The notes: a model not told the origin generated them from the sequence alone. A stretch of 64,000 bases of DNA from Bythopirellula sp. (GCA_965216565.1 OZ244170.1:4992001-5056000); one strand, 5' to 3'. Shown: positions 39,323 through 50,350, numbered from the stretch's first letter. Numbers and translations are program-made.

Positions 39323-41281
39323 CTACTCGTCTTCTTCGTCCTTGATGCCCAAGGCGGACAGCCAACGTCGACGTGGTTTTTCGGGGGAGTTTTCGTCTTC
39401 TTTTTGTTCGTTAAAGAAGTTCTGCTGCTCTTCGAGTTTCGCCTTCTCGCGGGCGATTTCGGCACGCTGCACGGAAATCTCTAGTTCTGCCTGTCGGAGC
39501 TTATCCTTCCACTCTTTTTGTAATTCGGCCAGGCGAGCCCGTTCTGTTTGGATTAGTTCATCTTTCTCGAACAACTCTTCTTGGGCTTCGCGACGTGCTT
39601 CTGCACGGATTGTCTCGACGTCTGCCTCGCTCGGACCTGCGGTTGGTTGCGAGCGGAGTTGTTGCTTCAGCTCGGCTAGCTCGCGGTCTTTGTCGGCGAT
39701 GACCTTATCAGTGATCGAAATTGTGCCTTCGATCGTGGCCCGCTCTTCTTGTCGCTGCGGCGAAGCGGACTGACCATCCTCTTCTGAAAGTTCTTGGAGA
39801 AGCCTTGCCTTCTGCGCCTGCCAATCGAGGCCACCACCACCTGTTCCACTGGCGTCTGCGGGCGAAGTAGGGATCGCTGACTGCGACTCCATTTGCTCTT
39901 TGAGCGATTCGTTTTCCTGTTTTAGGCTGCGGAGGTCTTCCACAGCCATTTCGAAACGCCTCTGTAGGTCATTCAGCTCTTCGATTTCGCCCTGCTCGGT
40001 AGGCATTGCAGCAGCATTTTCAAGCTGCTCGACGCGTTCAGCCAGGGCATCGCGTTCCGCACGCAGGCTGACAAGTTCCGGGGTTTCTTGCGTGCCATTC
40101 TCGGGACGCTGACTTAGCTCTTCGGTAAGCTCGGCATTGGCTTTCTTTAACTTGTGGACGTCCGAAAGAGCCAATTCACATTTGCGGTTCGACTGCTCAA
40201 GTTCTTCGGTAAGTTCGTCGAGTTGCTGTTTGTGGCTGTCTTCGAGTGTCTGCAAAGCTTCGTTGAGCGTGACGATTTCTTGCGTCTTGGCGGTAAGTTC
40301 ACTGGCCGCCTGTTGTTGCTCTTGCTGAACCGACTCGAGTTGCTCAGTAAGCGTCGAGAGCTGCTGCTCCAACTCGTAGTGGCCAGCTAGGGCGTCGGCG
40401 AGTTGCTCGCGGAGCTGAGATTGTGCTTGTGTTTGTTGTTCGGAAGAATCTTCTAGACTCGCCCGGGCGCCCTTGAGTTCGGCGGCGAGGCTATCTCGTT
40501 CACTTCCCAGTTCGGTAAGCTGTGTGCGAAGCTGTTCGATCTCGCTGGCCAGCACGTTCTTGTCGTTTTCGACATTTTCGTGCTGGGTCGTGAACTTCTC
40601 GATCTGGTCGTTGAGCCTCGCACATTCGCGTTCTGCTTCGTCACGCTGCTCGTTGGTTTCCTCGACTTGATCACTGAGACGTGATGTTTCTGATTTGGAA
40701 GTCTCCAGCAGTTCACGGATTTGCTCTAGCTCGGCGGTAAGCTGGTCGCGCAACTGAGCAAGCTCGTCATGGTGCTCTTGTTTTTCAGAGAGTTCACTGG
40801 TTAGCGCGCTAATCTGCTGGACGCTTTGGTCCTGCTCTTGCTGCAGCAGTTCCAGAGTCTGGCTCAGCTGATCGCGTTGTTGCTCGCTTGACTCAAAACT
40901 CTTATTGAGCTCGGCCAACTCTTCGGCAAGTCGTAGCTGTTCGGTCGATTGTTCGTTCTGTTGGTCTAACTCTTGCTGGGAGATTTGCTCGCGTAGCTCA
41001 GCAATCTGGGATTCCGCTGCCTGCAGAGCTTGGTCTCTCTCGTCGAGTTGCTCCTTTAATTCTAAGAGCTGTGCACCAGCTTCCTCATGGGTTTGCGAGT
41101 CGTTCCCCAACTCGGCGACAATCTGTTCAATACGTTTGCCTAGCTCCGCCTCAGTCTCTTCAATACGGCGAAGTTGAGCCTGGAGCACCTTATTGGCTTT
41201 CACGCGCAGATCGCGCAGAGTCTCCGCAGTTTCTGCGGAACGAGATTCCGCTGATTCAATCGGAGTTTGAGATTCTTCCAT
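39323..41281 (-). CDS. Long acidic coiled-coil protein
   Basis: E/Q/L heptads over most of its length, no TM, and a C-terminal RRRWLSALGI possible amphipathic helix. Confidence 0.85.
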   Translation of the reverse strand: MEESQTPIESAESRSAETAETLRDLRVKANKVLQAQLRRIEETEAELGKRIEQIVAELGNDSQTHEEAGAQLLELKEQLDERDQALQAAESQIAELREQISQQELDQQNEQSTEQLRLAEELAELNKSFESSEQQRDQLSQTLELLQQEQDQSVQQISALTSELSEKQEHHDELAQLRDQLTAELEQIRELLETSKSETSRLSDQVEETNEQRDEAERECARLNDQIEKFTTQHENVENDKNVLASEIEQLRTQLTELGSERDSLAAELKGARASLEDSSEQQTQAQSQLREQLADALAGHYELEQQLSTLTEQLESVQQEQQQAASELTAKTQEIVTLNEALQTLEDSHKQQLDELTEELEQSNRKCELALSDVHKLKKANAELTEELSQRPENGTQETPELVSLRAERDALAERVEQLENAAAMPTEQGEIEELNDLQRRFEMAVEDLRSLKQENESLKEQMESQSAIPTSPADASGTGGGGLDWQAQKARLLQELSEEDGQSASPQRQEERATIEGTISITDKVIADKDRELAELKQQLRSQPTAGPSEADVETIRAEARREAQEELFEKDELIQTERARLAELQKEWKDKLRQAELEISVQRAEIAREKAKLEEQQNFFNEQKEDENSPEKPRRRWLSALGIKDEEDE

Positions 41282-41559
41282 GACGATATGGGGTTGCCGA
41301 GGGTGCCGAAACGTTTCGTGTCCTAGCCGCGCGACTTAGGGAGTCTCCCTCGTCAGAAAGACCTATCGCGCAGAAGGTTTCGCAAGAATATATAGGTCGC
41401 TGGCGGCCTCGGGTCAAAGCGATTTTCGCTATCAGTATGGGTTCTGACGACTGTGACGGTCGGCATGCTCCGAATGTCGAAATTGTGGCTGATGAGATTG
41501 TTTCGCGCGTGGGTAAGGGAAACTAAACTGCACTTCGCCAATGGGTAATTCGGAGCATG

Positions 41560-43158
41560 TTACTGAGCGCTCAGCCCGGCCAATAGATGATCGAGTTGAG
41601 CCGCAAAACTGTTCGCAATTTTCTCTCGACAGAGGCTCATTTTCGGAGTCAACTCTCCCGCCTCTTTCGAGAAATTACGGGTGAGTATTGTGAATGGACC
41701 AACCTGGTTTTCATGGCCTGTACCTTCCAGCAAGCGATCGATCTCTTCGCGATAGAGCTTGCGAATTACCGGGTGAGTGACTGCTCGACGCTTCGACCAA
41801 ACCCACAAGCGGCGCTCGCGGATTTCTCTGCGAAGCATCTCTGGGTTGGGAACGACCAGGGCCACCAGGCATTTGTGACCTTCACCGAAGACGCAAACAT
41901 GTTCGATGAGAGGAGAGCTTGAGAGCCGCTGTTCGATAGAGGTTGGTGCGACGTTCTTGCCTGTGGAGAGAACGATCAACTCCTTCTTGCGGCCTACGAT
42001 ACGCAGATTCCCTGAGGGGGCGAACTCACCCAGGTCCCCGGTATGTAGCCATTCATCCGCCAGGGCTTCCGCGGTCGCCTGTTCGTCCCGCCAATAACCT
42101 GTCATCACACTCGGTCCCTGGACAAGAACTTCGCCGTCCCGAGCCAGCTCGACTTGGAGATTCGCGAGCGGCTTTCCGACTGAACCAGGCTGGTAGTTTG
42201 TGGGCGAAGTGGCGGTCACCACGGGGGCCGCTTCGGTAAGACCGTAGCCCGAGAGAATGGGGAGACCTTGCGTTTCGAATAGCTTTTCTACGGCGGGTGC
42301 GATGGCAGCCCCACCACAGAAGCAGCGTTTTAGATTGCCCCCCAGTAACTTCTGCACGACTCCCGGCTCGGTAGTTTTTCCGGCCGCATGCAACTCATCG
42401 GCAACCTTTTGATAGAAGTAAGGTACGCCGTTGATTACGGTGGGCTCCGCGAGCTGACAATCGCGGATGATCGTATCGCGACTCTCGGCTAGCACCAGTC
42501 TCGTGCCGCGATGTAGCCAGCTATAGAGGTCGCAAGTACGGGCGTAGATGTGGCTGAGAGGTAAGAAGCAAAGTCGCGTTTCTTCTGACGAGGCCCCGAC
42601 CGCTTTCCCAGTCGCAATCGCATTGCAAACGAGATTGCGGTGGCTGAGCATCACCCCACGCGGCTTGCCGGTTGTTCCGGAAGTAAAAAGTATCGTAGCG
42701 AGGCTGTCGGGCTCAACGGAACGATCCGACAAATCATGTAGGGTACGTGAAGTGGAGCGTAACGCACCGTGCGTGGTGATGCGCCCGGAAAGTCCATTTT
42801 CCAACTGTTCCGGCTCATCGACAATCAGGAGCCGAGCATCGGCACGCTCGAAGAGTTCAAGGGCCTGTCGCGGAATTAGCGAAGCGTGCAGGGGCACGTG
42901 TACCGCACCGAGCGAAAGAATGGCGAGGTCCGCCAAAATCCATTCATAACTGTTGGGTGCGTACTGAGCAACGCGCTCCCCCTGCCCTACCCCGCTCTTA
43001 GCTAGGCCGTCGGCCATGCTTTGTATGTCCGTCGCCAACTCCTGCCAGGTGTGCCAACGCAAGTGGCCTTCGGAGATGGTGGCTATCGCTGGCTGGTCGC
43101 CGCAGCGAGAAGCTGAGTGGCGAAGGAGATCGGGGATGGTTACATGAGCGTCGGTCAT
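41560..43158 (-). CDS. Long-chain acyl-CoA synthetase (AMP-binding)
   Basis: FTSGTTGKPRGV, GYGLTE, WLHTGDLG, GRKKELI and ELTPKM. ATG overlaps the pheT stop. Confidence 0.93.
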   Translation of the reverse strand: MTDAHVTIPDLLRHSASRCGDQPAIATISEGHLRWHTWQELATDIQSMADGLAKSGVGQGERVAQYAPNSYEWILADLAILSLGAVHVPLHASLIPRQALELFERADARLLIVDEPEQLENGLSGRITTHGALRSTSRTLHDLSDRSVEPDSLATILFTSGTTGKPRGVMLSHRNLVCNAIATGKAVGASSEETRLCFLPLSHIYARTCDLYSWLHRGTRLVLAESRDTIIRDCQLAEPTVINGVPYFYQKVADELHAAGKTTEPGVVQKLLGGNLKRCFCGGAAIAPAVEKLFETQGLPILSGYGLTEAAPVVTATSPTNYQPGSVGKPLANLQVELARDGEVLVQGPSVMTGYWRDEQATAEALADEWLHTGDLGEFAPSGNLRIVGRKKELIVLSTGKNVAPTSIEQRLSSSPLIEHVCVFGEGHKCLVALVVPNPEMLRREIRERRLWVWSKRRAVTHPVIRKLYREEIDRLLEGTGHENQVGPFTILTRNFSKEAGELTPKMSLCREKIANSFAAQLDHLLAGLSAQ

Positions 43159-45170
43159 GCCCGCAATTCGGCGCCGAGTTCTTTGCCGGCCTCGGCAACG
43201 ATCTTCTCTCGCACTGCATCTGCTTGCTCGTTCGTGAGTGTTCCTCCGTCCGAACGAAGCTGAATTGAAAACAGCAAGCTTTTCTTGCCGGTGCCGATGC
43301 GTTTTTCGTCTCGATAGACTTCCTGGAAAGAGATGTGTTCGAGCAACTCGCTGCTGCATTTACGGACAATGCGATCAATGGCGGCCCAACGGACTTTTTC
43401 GTCGACGACCAGATTGAGATCGCGCCCCACGGGTGGATAGGGTGAGAGCTGATCGACTTGCCGAATTAATTGGGCGACTTCCACTAGAACTGCGAGATCG
43501 ATCTCAGCAATGGTCGCAGCACCCCGTAATTCGAAACTGGCAAGTCCCGACTCGCTAACCTCTCCTAGATAGCCCAGCAGTTTTCCGTCTAACTCCAGCT
43601 CGCTACCTCTGCCCGCAGAAAAGAAGGCTTCGTCTTTGGACTTAGTCTCTAACGTGCTGCCAGGAGCAATGGATTGAATGATGGTTTCGAGCACGCCTTT
43701 GAGTGCCAGGAATCCATCTCCGCAGGTGAGTGCCAACATGCGGCGTTGGTCGGGGATTTCTCCCTTCACCGGCAAATAGACATTGGCAATTTCGAATAAC
43801 TCGACCTGATGGTTGAATAGTGTTTCGTTGGTCCGCCGAGCGGCAAGCAAACTAGGGACTAGGCTCTGACGCAGGTAGTTAGCTCGTCGCAGGACGGCAG
43901 TGCTTGTCTCGAGTGGCTCAGCAGTCGACCACGGGCGATAGGCTTCCAGCCAATCGGACTCCACGGTGCTGAGCGTCATGGCTTCGTCGAAACCTGCTGC
44001 AACGAGAGCCTGCCTGACCCGATCGAGCACGAGATCTTCTCGGCTTCGTGTGGAGGCCACCATCTTTACCCCAGCATCTTCAGGGATCTTGTCGTAGCCG
44101 TGAATCCGGGCGACTTCCTCGACGAGATCGATTTCACGCGTAAGATCAGCACGCCAACTAGGTGGCACCACTTTTACGCAGTGATCGCAAGTATGTGTTT
44201 CCTCACAGCCTAAGTCCGTAAGGATCTTGCTAACGGTCTGTGGTGGGATTTCAATGCCCAGAACGCGGAGAAGTTCTGGAAAGCGCAGTTTGAGGGGCTC
44301 CAGGGGTTTCCACTGCATGCCGACATCCAGCATTCCTTCGCACAACTCGCCGCCTGCGATTTCCAAGATCAACTGGCAGCAACGTTGGCTGGCCCAATCG
44401 ATCCCCAACGGGTCAACGCCCCGTTCAAAACGATAGGACGACGGACTGTGCAGATTGAGTGCTCGTGCTGTGGTGCGGACAGAGAGTGGGTCGAAATCGG
44501 CCGCTTCGATCAAAAGCTCGGTCGTCGCATCACTAACCTCGGTATCGGCACCACCCATGACGCCGGCAAGTGCCACGGCCCGTTTGGCATCGGCAATGAC
44601 ACAAGTGCCGGTGGGGAGTTCGTACTCCTGATGATTGATCGCGGTGAATTTTTCTTTGGCCTGCGACTCTCGCACAATAATCTCAGGGCCGGCCAGCTTT
44701 GCGAAATCAAAGGCATGCAGTGGTTGGCCGCATTCCATCATCACATAGTTGGAAATGTCCACTACGTTATTGACAACTGCGATGCCAAGCGACTGTAGAT
44801 GGCTTACCAACCAATCGGGACTGGGTCCAATCTTCACACCGCGGATTACCCGTGCGGTGTAACGCGGGCACAGCGCGGGGCTCTTAACGGAGACTTTTGT
44901 CAGACCGGAAACATCCTCACCCCCAGCCGGCAAATCGATTTCAGGAGTCTTCAGTGGCGTCTGATAGAGCACCGAAATCTCGCGGGCCACGCCAATATGC
45001 CCCAAGCAATCGGGGCGATTGCTGGTGACTTCTAAATCGATGGCCACATCGTCGCCGATTTTCTCAACGCCCTCGAGGTTCAACCCACTGAGCGTAAGGC
45101 GATCGGTAAGCTCATCGACGCTCATATCGAGATCGACGTAGTCTTTCAGCCAATTCCAGGATACCCACAT
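43155..45170 (-). CDS. pheT: Phenylalanyl-tRNA synthetase beta subunit (short form)
   Basis: SWNWLKDYV, TSNRPDCL, GQPLHAFD, SYRFERG, DLVEEVARIHGYD and a C-terminal FDX-ACB domain. Confidence 0.96.
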   Translation of the reverse strand: MWVSWNWLKDYVDLDMSVDELTDRLTLSGLNLEGVEKIGDDVAIDLEVTSNRPDCLGHIGVAREISVLYQTPLKTPEIDLPAGGEDVSGLTKVSVKSPALCPRYTARVIRGVKIGPSPDWLVSHLQSLGIAVVNNVVDISNYVMMECGQPLHAFDFAKLAGPEIIVRESQAKEKFTAINHQEYELPTGTCVIADAKRAVALAGVMGGADTEVSDATTELLIEAADFDPLSVRTTARALNLHSPSSYRFERGVDPLGIDWASQRCCQLILEIAGGELCEGMLDVGMQWKPLEPLKLRFPELLRVLGIEIPPQTVSKILTDLGCEETHTCDHCVKVVPPSWRADLTREIDLVEEVARIHGYDKIPEDAGVKMVASTRSREDLVLDRVRQALVAAGFDEAMTLSTVESDWLEAYRPWSTAEPLETSTAVLRRANYLRQSLVPSLLAARRTNETLFNHQVELFEIANVYLPVKGEIPDQRRMLALTCGDGFLALKGVLETIIQSIAPGSTLETKSKDEAFFSAGRGSELELDGKLLGYLGEVSESGLASFELRGAATIAEIDLAVLVEVAQLIRQVDQLSPYPPVGRDLNLVVDEKVRWAAIDRIVRKCSSELLEHISFQEVYRDEKRIGTGKKSLLFSIQLRSDGGTLTNEQADAVREKIVAEAGKELGAELRA

Positions 45171-45206
45171 GTTTTTGGTTCGCTCGGCTAGGTCTAATTT
45201 CAAACA

Positions 45207-45344
45207 AACCACGAAGACACGAAGAGCACGAAGAGACTAAACAAATGCAGCGCGTCCAAAGTGGCCCTCATGATTTGAACTTAGTTCTTATGTACTACGT
45301 TATCAGTCGTGATATCCCGTTGTGTCCTTCGTGTCTTTGTGGTT
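45207..45344. repeat. Inverted pair of 9-bp-periodic repeats between pheS and pheT
   Basis: AACCACGAAGACACGAAGAGCACGAAG ... TGTGTCCTTCGTGTCTTTGTGGTT. Confidence 0.75.
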
Positions 45345-45363
45345 CAAATGCTCAACGAACGCA

Positions 45364-46413
45364 CTAGAACTGTTCGAGAAATCTAACGTCGTTCTGATAG
45401 AGCGCTCGAATATCGGTAATTCCGTGTTGCCGCATACAGATGCGTTCCACGCCGAGTCCGAAGGCAAAGCCGGTGACTTCTTCGGGATCGTACCCCACGG
45501 CACGGAGCACGTTGGGATCGACCATGCCGGCACCGCCCATTTCCATCCAACCACTGTTTCCTTCTGCGTCTTGCCAATTCATGTCGACTTCGACGCTTGG
45601 TTCCGTGAACGGAAAGAACGAGGGGCGAAAGCGGACATGCACTTCGTCGCTGCCGCCAAAGTAACTCTGGCAGAACAACCGTAAAACACTCTTGAGGTCG
45701 GCCATGGTGACGCCCTTATCAACCAACAACCCTTCAATCTGGTGGAACATCGGGTAATGCGTGGCATCGGCCGTATCGGGGCGATAGACCCGACCCAACG
45801 AGATGATCCGCACCGGCGGCGGGGTGGTTTCCATCACGCGAATTTGCACGGTGCTGGTTTGGCTGCGGAGCAATAGCGGCGAGTCGTTCTTGCCGACCGC
45901 CATCGTGGCCGCACCGGTACTCAAATAGAAATTGTCGAGCGGGTCGCGTGCCGGATGCGAAAGCGGAATGTTCAGTGCTTCGAAGTTGTGCCAGTCGTCC
46001 TCAATCTCCGGGCCCTCGACGGCCGTGAAGCCGAGACGGCCCATGATCTCTTTCATCTCGCGGATGGTTTGCGTGATGGGATGCAATCGGCCTAGTCGCA
46101 CTGGTTTGCCGGGAAGAGTCACATCGAAGTCGTCAGCCGTAGAGCCGGCCTTCGACTCGAGCCGCGACTGCGCTTCGTTCCAGGCTGCCTCGACGAGTGT
46201 TTTCACTTCGTTAAAGCGTTTTCCAGCAGCAGGTTTATCCGTCTTGTCGACCTTGCCTAGCCCTTTTTGCACTTCGCGAAGCTGGCCGCCCTTGGCGCCC
46301 AAGTATTCTATGCGGATCTCTTCCAGCGCATCGGCGGACGTGGCCGCTGCGAACCCTTGTTTGGCTTCGCTGGCAAGCGTGTCCAGTTGAGCTAGAAAAT
46401 CGTCGAGAGCCAC
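45364..46413 (-). CDS. pheS: Phenylalanyl-tRNA synthetase alpha subunit
   Basis: NFEALN, HPARD, RSQTS, FHQIEG, FPFTEPS and [10 protein letters not shown]. Confidence 0.97.
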   Translation of the reverse strand: MALDDFLAQLDTLASEAKQGFAAATSADALEEIRIEYLGAKGGQLREVQKGLGKVDKTDKPAAGKRFNEVKTLVEAAWNEAQSRLESKAGSTADDFDVTLPGKPVRLGRLHPITQTIREMKEIMGRLGFTAVEGPEIEDDWHNFEALNIPLSHPARDPLDNFYLSTGAATMAVGKNDSPLLLRSQTSTVQIRVMETTPPPVRIISLGRVYRPDTADATHYPMFHQIEGLLVDKGVTMADLKSVLRLFCQSYFGGSDEVHVRFRPSFFPFTEPSVEVDMNWQDAEGNSGWMEMGGAGMVDPNVLRAVGYDPEEVTGFAFGLGVERICMRQHGITDIRALYQNDVRFLEQF

Positions 46414-46455
46414 GACTATTGCCTTGGGTGCTCGTGGTGCGTCGTGGGAATGCGG

Positions 46456-46812
46456 CTAGGCAGCAAGTGCTTCGCGTGCCTTTTCGACGACCGCATCGAA
46501 TGCAGACGGATCGTGAATAGCCATTTCAGAAAGCATCTTACGGTCTAGTTCCACGTTGGCTTTCTTGAGCCCATTCACGAATTCGCTGTAACGCAAACCC
46601 CGTTCGCGTGCAGCGGCGTTGATACGAATGATCCAAAGCTTGCGGAATTCGCGTTTGCGAACGCGTCGGTCGCGGAAGGCATAGGCCTCGGCCCGCACGA
46701 GCGTTTCCTTGGCAGTCCGGAGCAGCGTGCCCCGACCGCCGACATAGCCTTTAGTTTTCTTGAAAAGTCGATTCTTCGCCCGATTACGGGCACTACCTTT
46801 GGTGGTTCTCAT
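46456..46812 (-). CDS. rplT: 50S ribosomal protein L20
   Basis: [24 protein letters not shown] and [10 protein letters not shown]. Confidence 0.97.
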   Translation of the reverse strand: MRTTKGSARNRAKNRLFKKTKGYVGGRGTLLRTAKETLVRAEAYAFRDRRVRKREFRKLWIIRINAAARERGLRYSEFVNGLKKANVELDRKMLSEMAIHDPSAFDAVVEKAREALAA

Positions 46813-46912
46813 TGGAGGAACCCTCGCGTTACGTGTTCAAGCCCAGGCCCCTTTACGGTGAAAGGCGTTTCTACCCGGCGTGATTGGTTTGATTGATCAG
46901 ACGGTTGCTGAT

Positions 46913-47116
46913 TTAGTAGCTATTTCCGGCCAAAGCTTCTTTGATGATCTTGGAATTCGAGTCCGTGGTGACCGTTGTGCCGCGCAGGTTACGCTTACGC
47001 TTCTGGTCCATCCGCGAAGCCAAGTGGCTGGTGCCGGCACTACGATGCTTGGCCTTGCCTTTGGCAGACAGGCGGAAGCGTTTTTTAGTGCCTTTGTGGG
47101 TCTTTTGCTTGGGCAT
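46913..47116 (-). CDS. rpmI: 50S ribosomal protein L35
   Basis: MPKQKTHKGTKKRF, and synteny with rplT and infC. Confidence 0.96.
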   Translation of the reverse strand: MPKQKTHKGTKKRFRLSAKGKAKHRSAGTSHLASRMDQKRKRNLRGTTVTTDSNSKIIKEALAGNSY

Positions 47117-47274
47117 GATCTTACCTTTAATTTCTTATGAGCAAGGCTGGCTAGTTGATAGCGCAGCAGGCTGGGATATTCAGTAGCCCCGTATTCTAGC
47201 AAAAATAAGGGGAGAGAAAAGGTGGTCTCTCGCCAGATGGGGCTTTCCCTCTGGCTCGGGATCTACCAGGGCAA

Positions 47275-47778
47275 TTACTTCGGCGCCAGGATTACCACGA
47301 TCCGCCGGCCGTGCATGGCGGCGTTTTGCTCGATCTTGGAAACGTCTTCCAGCTCTTTGACCAAACGTTCGACCAGCTTGAAACCTTCGTCGACATGGGC
47401 ATTTTCGCGGCCGCGGAAGATGACCGAGCAGATAACCTTATCGCGGTCTTCCAGGAACTTGCGGGCGCGGTTGAGCTTGGTTTCGAAGTCGTGCTCGCCG
47501 ATTTTCGGGCGGAGCCGGATTTCCTTGTTCTTGCCATGATGAACATGGCCCTTGTGTTGCCGCTTTTTCTGTTGGTATTTGAATTTGCCGAAATCCATGA
47601 TGCGGCAAACGGGTGGCTTCTCTAGGGGAGCCACCTCGACTAAATCGAGACCAATCTCTCGTGCCTGTTCCAGGGCATCGTCGCGACTGAGGACGCCTAA
47701 TTGTGAACCGTCGTCACCAATTACTCTGAGAGGAGTCGTGCGGATCTGATCGTTGATCCGTTGCTGCTTGCGTTCGAT
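47275..47778 (-). CDS. infC: Translation initiation factor IF-3 with non-canonical AUC start
   Basis: The frame extends beyond the ORF-track start through RINDQIR..LRVI..LDLVEVAP..PPVCRIMDFGK. GGAG lies 9 nt before an in-frame ATC at 47778. Confidence 0.93.
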   Translation of the reverse strand: MERKQQRINDQIRTTPLRVIGDDGSQLGVLSRDDALEQAREIGLDLVEVAPLEKPPVCRIMDFGKFKYQQKKRQHKGHVHHGKNKEIRLRPKIGEHDFETKLNRARKFLEDRDKVICSVIFRGRENAHVDEGFKLVERLVKELEDVSKIEQNAAMHGRRIVVILAPK

Positions 47779-48340
47779 TTTCTTGTTCTCCGAATGGGTT
47801 GTTGAAAGTTTTTTGGTGCTTGGTCGAGTGTTTTCTGGGCTGTCTGCCAGTCCGATGGTGCAGTATAGCTTACCCGTGTGCGGTGCCCGGCGACCCCTAA
47901 GTATCTGCGGAAGAGTGCCTGCGAGTCAACACAGCCCAGAGATGGTCAGTGTTTTAGCAGTGTCTTGCCAAGGCGGATCAAGGAGATGGGGGGATGTTGG
48001 AGATAGTGGGGATAGTCTCTTCTGGGGCAGGCTCCCAAAAATGGCTTAGAGCGATCGGTCATCTATTTTTCGAGGGTAATCGATCCATTGGTTCAGGGAC
48101 GAACTGAAAAACGAAGGAATCTTGCACCGATAAACATGTTTTTGCACGAATATCTACATGAGGGTGGCTAGAGTCTCCCCCTGCCATCTGGAGCATGCTG
48201 GTGCTGGAACAAGCCACCTCCGTCATCTCCAGCATCCCCCTATCTCTTTTCCTCTTTTTGGGTCCTTAGCAAGACAGTATCAATACACAGCCCTGCCACT
48301 CCAAGTTTTGGTGATGTATCCAGAGTGCCGCCCTCAATTG

Positions 48341-50350
48341 CTAGTACTCGTTCCTCGGCCCTCGGTCAACTAAGGTCGCTCCCTCGCTTTTCGCTACCTG
48401 ACGCACTGTTTTGTCTGCTACTTCTTGTTTGAGCTTGGCTACAGCCTCGGCGTAGGGCATGGCTCCCAGATCGCCTTCGATGCGGTCTCGCACGGTGACA
48501 GTGCCGTTTTGAGCATCCTTTTCGCCCACCACCATCATGTAGGGGATCAAGCCGAGCTGGGCCTCGCGGATTTTCGCCCCCAATTTCTGACCCCGGTAGT
48601 CGGCGGTGACGCGGAAACCCTCGGCGGCGAACTTTCGCTCCACCTCCCGGCCATAATCTTCGGATTTTTCGCTGACCGTCAGCACGCGTACCTGTTCAGG
48701 GGCCAGCCAGAGCGGAAACGCCCCGGCAAAATGCTCGATTAACACCGCGATAAACCGTTCCATCGATCCCAGCGGGGCACGGTGAATCATCACCGGCTTA
48801 TGGGCTCCGTTGTCGGCACCTACATACTCGAGGTCAAAGCGATCGGCACTGGGTAAGTTGTAATCGAGTTGGACCGTGCCAAGCTGCCATTCGCGTCCGA
48901 TGCAGTCGGTCACCACAAAATCGGCCTTGGGACCGTAGAAGGCTGCCTCCCCGGGCTCGACAGACATGTCTGGCAAATCCATCGATTCGCACACTTCTTT
49001 TAACGCGGCTTCTGCTCGATCCCAAAGCTGTTCGTCGCCGACGTATTTGTTACTGTCTGGATCGCGAAATCCAAGTCGCACTCGATACTTGTCCATGCCC
49101 AACGATTTGAGGACTCCTTGGGTCATCTCCAGACAGCTGGTGAACTCCTCGGCAACCTGGTCTTCGGTGCAGAAAATGTGGGCGTCGTCTTGGGTAAATC
49201 CGCGTACCCGCGTCATCCCATTCAGTTCGCCGGACTGTTCATAGCGATAGACGGTACCAAACTCTGCGAGCCGCACTGGCAAGTCGCGATAGCTGCGCGG
49301 CTTCGACTTATAGATCATAATGTGGTGCGGGCAATTCATCGGCTTCAGCAGGTAACGCTCGCCGTCCTCCATGTCGATCGGTGCGAATTGGCTATCGCTG
49401 TAGTACGGATAATGTCCCGAGATCTCGTAGAGTTCGACGCGGCCGATGTTGGGCGTGTAAACCGCCTCGTACTTTCTTTTGGTGAGTTCATCCTTTAGGT
49501 AGTCTTCGAGGGTTTGCCGAATGACGGCTCCCTTCGGCAGCCACAGAATCAATCCGGAACCCACGGTTGGATTGACGGTGAACAGTTCCAATTGCTTACC
49601 CAGGACGCGATGGTCCCGTTTTTTCGCTTCTTCTAGCTGGGTGAGATACGCCTGCAACTCTTTCTTGTCGAAAAAAGCAGTGGCGTAGAGCCGTTGCAAT
49701 TGATCGCGGCTTTGATCGCCTTTCCAGTAGGCGCCTGCGACGCTAAGTAGCTTAAACGCTTTGCCGATGTGACGCGTGCTAGGAATGTGTTTGCCGCGAC
49801 AAAGGTCGACGAATTCTCCCTGACGGTAGAAAGATAGACTCTCCTCGTCCGCCAGGCCGGTTTGAATATGTTCGACCTTGAAGGCCTGGCCCATTTCTTT
49901 GCAAAGGCCGATCGCATCGCTGCGCGGCAGTTCTAGACGTTCGAATTTCTCATCGGCCGAGACGATTTTTTTCATCTCCGCTTCGATTTTGGGAAAGTCC
50001 TCTTCGCTAATGGGATGCTTTAGATTGAAGTCGTAGTAAAAACCGTTTCCAGTCACAGGGCCGAATGCCAGGCTCACTCCGTCATAGAGTCGCATCACCG
50101 CTTGCGCCATCACGTGGGCGGCGCTGTGCCGCATGACGTCTAGTGATTCGGCATCGCGATTGGTGAATAGCTTGAGTTGGACTTCGCCGTCGGAAGGCAG
50201 CGGCGAGTGAAGGTCCACTTGGTGCCCATCGACTTCTGCCAGCACAGCGGCCTTGGCTAGCCCTGCGCCGATCTCGGCGGCAACATCGTAGGAAGTGGTG
50301 GGAGTGTTGAATTCGCGCCGACTACCATCCGGCAAAACGACAGTTAACAT
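48341..50350 (-). CDS. thrS: Threonyl-tRNA synthetase
   Basis: [44 protein letters not shown] and [11 protein letters not shown]. Confidence 0.98.
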   Translation of the reverse strand: MLTVVLPDGSRREFNTPTTSYDVAAEIGAGLAKAAVLAEVDGHQVDLHSPLPSDGEVQLKLFTNRDAESLDVMRHSAAHVMAQAVMRLYDGVSLAFGPVTGNGFYYDFNLKHPISEEDFPKIEAEMKKIVSADEKFERLELPRSDAIGLCKEMGQAFKVEHIQTGLADEESLSFYRQGEFVDLCRGKHIPSTRHIGKAFKLLSVAGAYWKGDQSRDQLQRLYATAFFDKKELQAYLTQLEEAKKRDHRVLGKQLELFTVNPTVGSGLILWLPKGAVIRQTLEDYLKDELTKRKYEAVYTPNIGRVELYEISGHYPYYSDSQFAPIDMEDGERYLLKPMNCPHHIMIYKSKPRSYRDLPVRLAEFGTVYRYEQSGELNGMTRVRGFTQDDAHIFCTEDQVAEEFTSCLEMTQGVLKSLGMDKYRVRLGFRDPDSNKYVGDEQLWDRAEAALKEVCESMDLPDMSVEPGEAAFYGPKADFVVTDCIGREWQLGTVQLDYNLPSADRFDLEYVGADNGAHKPVMIHRAPLGSMERFIAVLIEHFAGAFPLWLAPEQVRVLTVSEKSEDYGREVERKFAAEGFRVTADYRGQKLGAKIREAQLGLIPYMMVVGEKDAQNGTVTVRDRIEGDLGAMPYAEAVAKLKQEVADKTVRQVAKSEGATLVDRGPRNEY

